NCBI GenBank assembly: GCA_947501605.1
Contig: CANMWZ010000001.1
Coordinates: forward strand, 1-64,000
Direction: 5' to 3'
From: Planctomycetota bacterium
Lineage (GTDB): Bacteria; Planctomycetota; UBA1135; UBA2386
DNA length: 64,000 nt
Under the pieces are notes generated by a model, which was not told where the DNA came from, did no database searches, and saw only the letters and a program-made list of their open reading frames with translations. Positions 28,557 through 36,941 of the stretch are shown here, in pieces. Position 1 is the stretch's first letter; the number at the start of each line of letters is the position of its first letter. Made by a program: the position numbers and the translations under genes.

Positions 28557-31088
28557 ATGCGCATGCTCCCCACCTGGCCACCAGTTCGCGCGGCGCTCCT
28601 GGCCCTTTTGCTGGTCACCTCGGCAAGAGGTCAGATGGACGCGACCTTCGATCAGCGTCTCCAGCACTGGGCATGGCAACCGCTGCGCGATCCAGCGACG
28701 CCGCAGATCGAGAACCACAGTTGGATCCGCGATCCGATCGACGCCTTTGTGCTTGCGGGGCTGGAAGCGAGCGGGCTTTTGCCCGCTCCCGAGGCGCCAC
28801 CCGAGGTCTGGCTACGCCGCGTGCACTTCGACTTGACTGGCCTGCCGCCGGGCGCGCACGACGTGGCGCAGTTTGCCGCGGAGGCTTCGCCAGCGGCGCG
28901 CGAGCGCATCGTCGATGCACTGCTGGCCTCGCCGCACTTCGGCGAACGCTGGGCGCGGCATTGGCTCGACCTCGTGCGTTACGCCGAGTCGCTGGGGCAT
29001 GAGTTCGACTTCCGCATCCCGAACGCTTGGCGCTATCGCGACTACGTGATCCGCGCGCTCAATGACGACGTGCCCTTCGACCAGTTCGGCAAGGAGCACC
29101 TCGCTGGCGACCTGCTGCCGGCGCCGCGAATCGACGCCGCGTCGCAACGCAACGAATCCGTGCTCGGCACCGGGTTCTTCTGGTTCTGTGAGCAGACGCA
29201 CTCGCCGGTCGATGCCATGCAGCACCAAGCCGATCGCATCGACAACCAGATCGACGTGCTGACCAAGTCCTTCCTCGGCCTGACCGTGGCGTGCGCGCGC
29301 TGCCACGACCACAAGTTCGACGCCATCGGCAACCAGGACTACTACGCCCTCTACGGGTTCTTGAAGAGTTCTCGCTACGTGCAGCAGCCGGTTCATCACA
29401 CCGATCCGGCGGCGTTTCGACGCGCACTCGAGGCCCGACGAGCTCTGGTCGGCTCCGGAGAGGCTCGCGGCGACGCGTTGGACCACAGCCTCGCGGGCTA
29501 CACCGCGGTCGGTGACTCGACGCGAGTGGAAGCGCTGCGCGGCGCCTTCATCGAGGACGTGAACGACCACGATGTGCGGCTGCGAGAACTGCCCGGGTCG
29601 TGGCTGTGCACCGCCGACGTCGCCCGCGAGCGCGACTGCGTCTTGCTGTCACCGACGTTCGTACCAACTGCCAGGTACCTCCATCTGGAGGTCGCGGGTG
29701 AGGGCTCCCGCCTCCAACTGGTGGTCGATGGCTTCCACCTCGTTCGCGACCCGATCTACGGCCGACTACGAGCGGGCATCGACAACCCCGAGCCGCACTG
29801 GATCACCATCGAGTTGGGCCAGTTCCGCGGTCGCTCCGCGCACCTCCAATTCCTCGACCAACGCGCCCACGACCTTGCCGACCCTGCCCATGATCGCGCG
29901 GCCTATGCGGACGCCGCTTGGTGCGCGGTCCGCCGCGTCGTGCAGAGTGATGAGTCGCGACCGCCAACGAGCATCGGCCCCGCCACGCTGCGGACGCTCG
30001 CTCGCAGCGAACGCGCGGTCGCCGATGCGCTGCGGATCTGGCAACGTGCGAGCGCTGCCTTGCCGCAGAGCGCCACGGCTCCTGGCATGGCAGACGGCAC
30101 CGGCGAGGACGAGCACATCTTCTTGCGCGGCAGTCACAAGACGCCCGGCGCGCTGGCCAAGCGGCGCTTCCTGCGCGCGATTGCCGGCGATGGTCCGATG
30201 CCCTTGCCCGCTGGGAGCGGTCGCCTAGAACTCGCCGAACGCATGTTCGGCGTCGACAACCCGCTGCCATCGCGCGTGCTGGTGAACCGCGTGTGGCACC
30301 ACCTGTTCGGTCGCGGGCTCGCACGCACCGTCGACAATCTCGGTCACCTGGGTGACACGCCGCAACACCAAGATCTGCTCGATCACTTGGCGCAGTCCAT
30401 GATCCGCGGTGGCTGGTCGCAAAAGCAACTGATCCGCCGCCTCGTGCTGTCCAGCACCTACGCGATGGACAGTCGCTGCGACCAAGCGAACGAGGACCGC
30501 GATCCAGACAATGTGCTCTGGCATCGTCAGAATCTCCGACGCGTCGAGGGCGAAGTCGTGCGCGACGCCATGCTGGCGATCGCGGATCGGCTCGACCATC
30601 GCCTCTACGGCCCGCCGGTTCTGGTGCGCCTCCCTGCGGCGGAACGCGCGCGCGGTCGCCCCGAGGTCTCGGGGCCGGTCGACGGCGACGGCCGCCGCAG
30701 CATCTACCTCGCCGTGCATCGCAACTTCCTGCCCGACCTGCTGGTCGCATTCGATCTGCCGCGACCATTCAGCACGATGGGTGCGCGTAGCAACGCCAAC
30801 GTGCCAGCACAGGCCTTGACGCTGCAGAACGACCCGCTGGTGCACAGCATGGCGCGCCTCGCCGCCGATCACCTGCTGCAAGATGGCATGGCGAGCGAGG
30901 ACGACGGCATCCAGCGCTGGTTCGTCCTGCGGTTTGCGCGCCGTGCGGACGGCAACGAAGTCGCAGCGTGCCAAGCGTTCCTCGAGCAAGCGCGCACGCA
31001 GCTCGGCGTCGACGCGAACGACCCGCGCCCGTGGGCTGACCTCGCGCACGTGCTGTGGAACAAGAAGGAGTTCCTCTACCTACGATGA
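28557..31088 (+). CDS. Planctomycete DUF1549/DUF1553 (PSCyt2/PSD1) domain protein
   Basis: HWAWQP, PIDAFV, FGERWARHWLDLVRYAES, AWRYRDYVI, CARCHDHKFD, VNRVWHHLFGRG, RRSIY, QALTLQN. Confidence 0.93.
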   Translation: MRMLPTWPPVRAALLALLLVTSARGQMDATFDQRLQHWAWQPLRDPATPQIENHSWIRDPIDAFVLAGLEASGLLPAPEAPPEVWLRRVHFDLTGLPPGAHDVAQFAAEASPAARERIVDALLASPHFGERWARHWLDLVRYAESLGHEFDFRIPNAWRYRDYVIRALNDDVPFDQFGKEHLAGDLLPAPRIDAASQRNESVLGTGFFWFCEQTHSPVDAMQHQADRIDNQIDVLTKSFLGLTVACARCHDHKFDAIGNQDYYALYGFLKSSRYVQQPVHHTDPAAFRRALEARRALVGSGEARGDALDHSLAGYTAVGDSTRVEALRGAFIEDVNDHDVRLRELPGSWLCTADVARERDCVLLSPTFVPTARYLHLEVAGEGSRLQLVVDGFHLVRDPIYGRLRAGIDNPEPHWITIELGQFRGRSAHLQFLDQRAHDLADPAHDRAAYADAAWCAVRRVVQSDESRPPTSIGPATLRTLARSERAVADALRIWQRASAALPQSATAPGMADGTGEDEHIFLRGSHKTPGALAKRRFLRAIAGDGPMPLPAGSGRLELAERMFGVDNPLPSRVLVNRVWHHLFGRGLARTVDNLGHLGDTPQHQDLLDHLAQSMIRGGWSQKQLIRRLVLSSTYAMDSRCDQANEDRDPDNVLWHRQNLRRVEGEVVRDAMLAIADRLDHRLYGPPVLVRLPAAERARGRPEVSGPVDGDGRRSIYLAVHRNFLPDLLVAFDLPRPFSTMGARSNANVPAQALTLQNDPLVHSMARLAADHLLQDGMASEDDGIQRWFVLRFARRADGNEVAACQAFLEQARTQLGVDANDPRPWADLAHVLWNKKEFLYLR

Positions 31089-32488
31089 CCCCCCACGCCT
31101 GTTCACGCCGCGAGTTCCTGCGCCGCTCGGCGAACGGTTTCGCCATGCTGCCGGTGTTCGACGCGTTCGCGCGCAAACGGCCATTGCCTCGTTCGGTACG
31201 CGGCGGCGGCGCCTGCCGACCGCATCACGCACCACGAGCCAAGGCAGTGATCTTCCTCTACATGGACGGCGGGCCAAGCCACGTCGACACCTTCGACTAC
31301 AAGCCGCAGTTGCAGAAGGACGACGGCAAACCGTGGACGCGACCGAGGGCGCCAACACAGTTCCAGGACGACGGCAACACCCTCGGCTCGCCGTGGCGAT
31401 TCCACCGCTACGGCGAGTCAGGGCTGTGGGTCAGCGAGTTGCTGCCCCATCTCGCCCAGTCCGCCGATCGCCTCTGCGTCGTGAAGTCGATGGTCGCCGA
31501 CTTCAGCGAGCACACCAACGCCAACTACTACTTGCACACCGGTCTTGGCCTGCAGGGCCGGCCCAGCGCCGGCGCATGGGCCAGCTATGGGCTTGGTTGC
31601 GACAGCGAGAACCTGCCCGCGTTCGTCGTGCTCAACGGCGGCCTGATCCCGCCTGGCGGCATCGACTGCTTTGGCAACGGCTTCTTGCCCGCGCATTCCC
31701 AGGGCTCGCTGTTTCGCATGCGTGGTGAGCCGCTCGCGAACGTCACGCCGCGCGAGGAACGCGGACGTCAGCAGCACAAGCTCGACCTCTTGTCCGCCCT
31801 CGACGCCATGACGCTGCGCGACAGCGGCGGCGCCGATGCGATCGCGGCGGCGATCCACAACCAAGAACTGGCGTTCCGCATGCAGAGCGCCGTGCCGGAG
31901 CTGTTCGACCTGTCGAGCGAGCCTCTAGCGGTGCGGCAGCGCTACGGCGTGGACGCGCCCTACGAGCCAACGCGCATCTACGCGCAACAGTGCCTCCTCG
32001 CGCGGCGACTGGTGGAGCGCGGCGTGCGCTTCGTCGAAGTCCTCTGCCCCGATACCGGCCACGATCGCTGGGATCAGCACAGCAATCTGAGAAACGGCCT
32101 GGCCGACAACTGCCGCATGGTGGACCAACCGATCGCAGCCCTGCTCGAAGACCTCGCCGCGCGCGGTCTGCTCGACGAGACGCTGGTCGTCTACTGCGGC
32201 GAGTTCGGCCGCACGCCGTTCGCCCAGGGCCACAATGGCCGCGACCACAACCCATTTGGCTTCACGACCTGGATGGCTGGTGGCGGCACACGAGCGGGTG
32301 CGAGCTACGGCGCCACGGACGACTACGGCTACGCGGCGGTCGAGAACCCATTCACGGTGCACGACCTGCATGCCACCATGCTCCACTTGCTCGGCATCGA
32401 CCACGAGCGCTTCACCTTCCGCTTCGGTGGCCGCGACATCCGGCTGACGGACGTCTACGGCAACGTGCCGCACGCGCTGCTGGCGTAA
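31085..32488 (+). CDS. DUF1501 family protein (sulfatase-like fold) with Tat signal
   Basis: SRREFL, FLYMDGGPSHVDTFDYKP, ARRLVERGVRFV, WDQH, GEFGRTP, GRDHNP, RLTDVYG; ATGA overlap with the upstream gene. Confidence 0.93.
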   Translation: MTPHACSRREFLRRSANGFAMLPVFDAFARKRPLPRSVRGGGACRPHHAPRAKAVIFLYMDGGPSHVDTFDYKPQLQKDDGKPWTRPRAPTQFQDDGNTLGSPWRFHRYGESGLWVSELLPHLAQSADRLCVVKSMVADFSEHTNANYYLHTGLGLQGRPSAGAWASYGLGCDSENLPAFVVLNGGLIPPGGIDCFGNGFLPAHSQGSLFRMRGEPLANVTPREERGRQQHKLDLLSALDAMTLRDSGGADAIAAAIHNQELAFRMQSAVPELFDLSSEPLAVRQRYGVDAPYEPTRIYAQQCLLARRLVERGVRFVEVLCPDTGHDRWDQHSNLRNGLADNCRMVDQPIAALLEDLAARGLLDETLVVYCGEFGRTPFAQGHNGRDHNPFGFTTWMAGGGTRAGASYGATDDYGYAAVENPFTVHDLHATMLHLLGIDHERFTFRFGGRDIRLTDVYGNVPHALLA

Positions 32489-32578
32489 CGCCCTTTGCAG
32501 CCCCGGTGTTTCTAGCTCCGGTGGAAGGAAGTCGCCGGCTGAAGGCAGGACGAGCCCGCACCAAGCGCGGGTGCGGCA

Positions 32579-32642
32579 CCCAAACCACGAGGGGCCCAAA
32601 CCATGAGGGGCCCAAACCATGAGGGGCCCAAACCATGAGGGG
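32579..32642 (+). repeat. Intergenic 16-bp tandem repeat x4
   Basis: CCCAAACCA(C/T)GAGGGG at 32579, 32595, 32611 and 32627, with no spacers. Confidence 0.95.
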
Positions 32643-32804
32643 CTGGGCACCTAGCGGCCACCCACCGAGCAGGCAGGACGGACTCGACTTGCTGACGGCG
32701 GCGGTAGCGTCTGCGTCCGTCAGCGTCCAGGTGAAGAGGTAGTGCCCTCGCCAGCCGACTGTTGGCGCCCGTGCCGACCCGCTGCGCTGCCCCGCACCAA
32801 CGCC

Positions 32805-33512
32805 TCACTCGTCGTTGCTACGTCCGAACAAGCCGAGCCGGGACGCCCAATACAGCAGCACGAGCAGCGAGCTGATGAAACCGGCGACATAGGTAAGGGC
32901 CGCGGCGTTCAACACCGTACGCGCCCCCGGCAGTTCCTCCGCCGTGAGCACCGCGCTGTGCTCAAGGGTCAGCATGGCGCGCCGACTGGCGTCGAACTCG
33001 ACCGGCAGCGTGACCAGCGTGAAGAGGGTTGACGTCGCGAACAGCCCAAGGCCGAGCCAAGTCATCAGCGGCGAGCCGCTGACCCCGCCCATGAAGGCTG
33101 CCGCCATGATCACATAGATGCCAATGTTGGTACCGATGTTTGCGACCGGCACCCAAGCCGAGCGGAATCTCAGTGGGATGTAGCCCTGAGCGTGCTGGAT
33201 CGCATGGCCAACTTCGTGCGCAGCGATGCCGACCGCGGTGATGCTCCGCTCGCCGTAGACGATCTCGGACAACCGCAGGGTCTTGCTGCTCGGGTCGTAG
33301 TGGTCGGTCAACTTCCCGGGGACCGATTCGACCTGTACGTCGCGGATGCCGTTGGCCTGCAGGATCGCGCGCGCGACCTGCGCGCCAGTGAAACCAGAGC
33401 GCGTAGCGATCTGACTGTAGTGAGCCGTCGCCGCCTTGACCCTGGCCGAAGCGAGGAGGCCGAGGAGCAGGCCGATACCGATAACGAACCAGTAGAACGG
33501 ATCGAACAACAT
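32805..33512 (-). CDS. Membrane zinc metallopeptidase (Zn_peptidase_2/YugP-like)
   Basis: LTDHYDP, AAHEVGHAIQH, TLPVEFDASRRA, AAALTYVA. Confidence 0.93.
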   Translation of the reverse strand: MLFDPFYWFVIGIGLLLGLLASARVKAATAHYSQIATRSGFTGAQVARAILQANGIRDVQVESVPGKLTDHYDPSSKTLRLSEIVYGERSITAVGIAAHEVGHAIQHAQGYIPLRFRSAWVPVANIGTNIGIYVIMAAAFMGGVSGSPLMTWLGLGLFATSTLFTLVTLPVEFDASRRAMLTLEHSAVLTAEELPGARTVLNAAALTYVAGFISSLLVLLYWASRLGLFGRSNDE

Positions 33513-33650
33513 CGCGATGGAGTCTCTCTCTGGGGACCGGCCACGTGGTAGCCCACGGTGAGACCCGAATCCAGGCCGGACCCGTGGCCATCGACCCAAC
33601 ACCCAACTACCTGTGGTCACAATGATCGTTGTCTCCTAGGCTGCAGCGCC

Positions 33651-34112
33651 ATGCAGAATCTGCGCGCCGAGATCCAGCAGACGAAGCCGTTCTCCTCGCC
33701 CGCGGAAGAGGCGTTCTTGAACTTGCAGCGCACCGCAGACCAGTTGCTGGCTGTCGAGGCTGGCTTTCTCGCCGGCTACGAGCTGACGCCAGCGCAATAC
33801 AACGTCCTCCGCATCCTGCGGGGCGCTGGCGAGCCAGGGCACCCCTGCCAAGAGGTCGGCGCACGCATGATTTCGCGGGTCCCCGACGTAACTCGGCTGC
33901 TTGACCGCCTGGAGAAGGCCGGACTCGTCGAGCGCCGCCGGTGCACCAAGGACCGCCGCATTGTCTACGCCATGATCCTGCCGAAGGGGCTCACCCTGCT
34001 GGCCCAGCTCGACACTCCGATGGCGGCCCTGCCGCCGCAGATGTTCGCGGCGCTCACCAAGACGGAGATCCGGCAACTCAACGACCTGCTCGTCCGCGCC
34101 CGCGGCAGTTGA
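33651..34112 (+). CDS. MarR family transcriptional regulator
   Basis: QYNVLRILRGA, PDVTRLLDRLE, DRR wing motif. Confidence 0.93.
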   Translation: MQNLRAEIQQTKPFSSPAEEAFLNLQRTADQLLAVEAGFLAGYELTPAQYNVLRILRGAGEPGHPCQEVGARMISRVPDVTRLLDRLEKAGLVERRRCTKDRRIVYAMILPKGLTLLAQLDTPMAALPPQMFAALTKTEIRQLNDLLVRARGS

Positions 34113-34129
34113 GCCGACGTTCTCCTGCA

Positions 34130-34291
34130 GGCGCCATTTCTCGTTGTCACGAGCTCCCTCCCGACAAGCACCTGACTCCGAATGGCGGCAACGACTACGC
34201 GCTGACTCTCGCGATCCTGGTCGCGGGACTCTTCGGCACCGGCCCCGACCGTGTTGCCCTTGTCCGCGAAGCCGCGGACGCAACGGCCTAG
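34130..34291 (+). pseudogene. C-terminal remnant of a DoxX family membrane protein
   Basis: ...NGGNDYALTLAILVAGLFGTGPDRVAL...* resembles the DoxX C-terminus (G-x-E-Y...GPG-x-S-L-D). No credible start. Lies between marR and pirin. Confidence 0.55.
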
Positions 34292-34413
34292 AAGTGCTCG
34301 AGCAACTGGCCTGCACCGGAGGCCGAACCGCCGAGTCCAAGTCCGCGACACCGCGATCGACCGTCGCCGCCGGCCGCAGCCACCATCCAACTGCAGAACC
34401 ACTACGAACCATC

Positions 34414-35109
34414 ATGATCACCCATCGCATGAGCAGCGCCCGCGGCTACGCCGACCACGGCTGGCTCCAGAGTTGGCACACGTTTTCGTTCGCCGACTAC
34501 CACGACCCCCTACACACGGGCTTTCGCTCACTCCGAGTCCTCAACGAGGACATCATCGCGGCCGGGACCGGCTTTGGAACCCATCCGCATCGCGACATGG
34601 AGATCCTGACGTGGGTTCTCGAAGGCGCTCTCACCCACGCGGACAGCATCGGCAACGGCGCGCCGATTCGGCCCGGCGAGGTGCAGGTCATGTCGGCTGG
34701 CACCGGGATCCTGCATAGCGAACACAACCACAGTGACGCGCGGACCCACTTGCTGCAGATCTGGATCCGGCCCGACCGCCACGGCTTGGCGCCGCGCTAC
34801 GACCACCGCACGATCGATCGCGCGGCCATGCACAACCAACTCGCCGAGATCGCCGGTGCCAAAGGCGGCACGGGCCTTGTGAGCCTCCACCAGGACGTCC
34901 GCATTCTGGCCGCCGACTTGGAGCCAGAAACCGCAATCGAGCACACGCTCCGCCCTGGCCGCGGGCTCTGGATTCAGGTCACCAAGGGCGCCGTCCGCCT
35001 TGGCAACCTCGTGCTGCAGCAGGGCGACGGTGCTGCGGTCGAGGGCGAACCCGCAGTGCGGCTCACGGCAATGCACCCAGCGCAGGTGCTACTGTTCGAT
35101 CTCCATTGA
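34414..35109 (+). CDS. Pirin family protein (YhhW-like)
   Basis: HGWLQSWHTFSFADY, GFGTHPHRDMEI, MSAGTGILHSEHN, LLQIWI, LLFDL. Confidence 0.95.
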   Translation: MITHRMSSARGYADHGWLQSWHTFSFADYHDPLHTGFRSLRVLNEDIIAAGTGFGTHPHRDMEILTWVLEGALTHADSIGNGAPIRPGEVQVMSAGTGILHSEHNHSDARTHLLQIWIRPDRHGLAPRYDHRTIDRAAMHNQLAEIAGAKGGTGLVSLHQDVRILAADLEPETAIEHTLRPGRGLWIQVTKGAVRLGNLVLQQGDGAAVEGEPAVRLTAMHPAQVLLFDLH

Positions 35110-35198
35110 CGGCAGCTTGCAGGCAGGACCCTTCCCTCGCCGGGAGCGCTGCCTATCCTGTGAGCCTCGCCCGCCGAACCCCCGGCCGGAGGATCCTG

Positions 35199-36155
35199 AT
35201 GCGAAGTCTGCCGATGCTGTTGCTGTTCGCGCTTGCAACAGCCTGTTCCTCGACCGCAAGCGACGAAGAGCGCCAACTCGCCTCCTTCCAACGCAACGCT
35301 GGTCTCTACTTCGAAAGCGGCAAGTACGACCAAGCCATGGGCCTGATCGAACGCGGCCTCGAACTCGAACCCGACGACTACAAACTGCTGTCGCTGCGCG
35401 CCTGCATCCATCTACGCCAGAGCGGCGCCGCTGGCGGTTCTGAGCAGCGCCAACTCGATATGTCGCTGAAGGGCTTTGCCGAGGTCTATGACCAGCGCGC
35501 GCCCTCGCGCCACGACCGCTACCTGCTGTTCTACTACGCCCTGGCACGACAGAAGCAGGGTCTCCGCCTGATGGCCGAGGCCGCGCGCGTCGACCCGCAG
35601 CAAGAAGACAGCAAGGAGATCACTGCCGAGAAGAACGCAGCCGCAGACACGGAGCTCGCCGCGGCCCGCGACATGCTGATGGTACTGCTCGATCGCGGCG
35701 AGATCCCACGACTGTGCCATTACCACATGGTGCAGATCGCAGCGGTCACTGGCGAAGAAGTGGCGCTGCTCGAACATGGCGAGAAGTACCTCGTCGCGGT
35801 TCAAAAGGACCAGGATCTGACCCAGGCCGAGATTGACCGGACCACGGTCTATGGCTGGGAGCAGTTCCAAAAGAGCGGGCTCAAGCAACTTCGGGGCGAC
35901 GAGATCGGCGTTCGCGAACTGCTGGCCCAACACCTGTACCAGCGCGGCGAGTACGAGCCTGCGCTCGCTCACGTCGACGCGGTTCTCGCGATCGATCCGA
36001 CCCGCAGCGACGACCACTACAACCGCGGCATCATCCTGCGCAAACTCGGCCGGACCGAGGAGGCAAAGGACGACATGCGCACATTCCTCGCCACCACCTC
36101 GCTGCCGCCTGACAGCCCCAAGGTCCAGGACGCGGTTCAGGCACTGGTGCAGTGA
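35199..36155 (+). CDS. Tetratricopeptide-repeat lipoprotein
   Basis: Lipobox ATAC; TPR-like helices near both termini (GKYDQAMGLIERGLELEP; HYNRGIILRKLGRTEEA); GGAGGA RBS. Confidence 0.8.
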   Translation: MRSLPMLLLFALATACSSTASDEERQLASFQRNAGLYFESGKYDQAMGLIERGLELEPDDYKLLSLRACIHLRQSGAAGGSEQRQLDMSLKGFAEVYDQRAPSRHDRYLLFYYALARQKQGLRLMAEAARVDPQQEDSKEITAEKNAAADTELAAARDMLMVLLDRGEIPRLCHYHMVQIAAVTGEEVALLEHGEKYLVAVQKDQDLTQAEIDRTTVYGWEQFQKSGLKQLRGDEIGVRELLAQHLYQRGEYEPALAHVDAVLAIDPTRSDDHYNRGIILRKLGRTEEAKDDMRTFLATTSLPPDSPKVQDAVQALVQ

Positions 36156-36649
36156 GCGACGGTTCGCCGGAGCCACTGCCGACGCCGCGTCCAACCGCGA
36201 TGCACGGCCTCTCCACGCGAGCGCGCCTGCACCAGACCCGCGAATTCCAACGCGTGTACCAACGCGGCACGCGCGCCGCCGGCGAGTGGATCACAGTCGT
36301 CCTCATGCGTCAGGCGACCCCGCGCGGAACGCGACTCGGCGTCTCCGTCAGCAAGGACAACGGCTCCGCGGTGTGTCGCAACAAGATCAAGCGCTTGCTC
36401 CGCGAGGCCTTCCGACTCGAACGCAACAGCCTGCCGGCGGACCTCGACATCGTGCTGATTCCGCGTCCGCGCGAGGAGGCCGTGCCGCTGGCGGCACTGC
36501 GGCAAGAGCTACAACACCTCTGCGCGCGAGCGCTGGACTCGAAGCGGCGCCCCGATCACCGCCGCAGCGATCGCAGCAAGCCCGAAGCTCGCGGAGGCAA
36601 GTCGAAGCCCGAAGTTCGGCGCACCAAAGCCCCACGGGATCAGCGATGA
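36152..36649 (+). CDS. rnpA: Ribonuclease P protein component
   Basis: RL...EFQRVY, RLGVSVSK, AVCRNKIKRLLREAFR (RNR motif), DIVLI; basic C-terminal extension. Confidence 0.92.
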   Translation: MSDGSPEPLPTPRPTAMHGLSTRARLHQTREFQRVYQRGTRAAGEWITVVLMRQATPRGTRLGVSVSKDNGSAVCRNKIKRLLREAFRLERNSLPADLDIVLIPRPREEAVPLAALRQELQHLCARALDSKRRPDHRRSDRSKPEARGGKSKPEVRRTKAPRDQR

Positions 36650-36864
36650 GGTGGCTCCTGATCGCCCCGGTCTGGCTCTACCGCGTGCTCATTTCGCCGT
36701 GGAAGCCGCGTTGCTGTCGGTTTGAGCCGTCGTGCTCAGGCTACGCCCTCGAGGCCTTGCGCACCCACGGAGCACTGCGCGGCACGCTGCTGACCACACG
36801 ACGCATCGTGCGCTGCCACCCGTTCACCGATCCGGCCTTCGACCCGGTCCCGCCTAGGGAGTGA
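36646..36864 (+). CDS. yidD: Membrane protein insertion efficiency factor
   Basis: YRVLISP, CRFEPSCSGYA, RIVRCHPF, DPVP; ATGA overlap with rnpA. Confidence 0.93.
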   Translation: MRWLLIAPVWLYRVLISPWKPRCCRFEPSCSGYALEALRTHGALRGTLLTTRRIVRCHPFTDPAFDPVPPRE

Positions 36865-36917
36865 ACGGTCCCGCCTAGGGGTTAACGGGTCCCGCCTAGG
36901 GAGAGACCCGTCCCGCC
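36846..36917 (+). repeat. 21-bp-period tandem repeat (3 full copies + 1 partial) spanning the yidD stop
   Basis: Core GGTCCCGCCTAGGG at 36846, 36867 and 36888; partial CGTCCCGCC at 36909. Confidence 0.9.
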
Positions 36918-36941
36918 GCAGCAGCCGCACGCAGCGCGAAC

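Noticed and set aside
32579..32642. Possible CRISPR array
   Set aside because: Units are contiguous 16-mers with no spacers, and no cas genes are present.
36846..36917. Possible mini-CRISPR
   Set aside because: The 14-nt core and 7-nt linkers are far too short for repeats and spacers.
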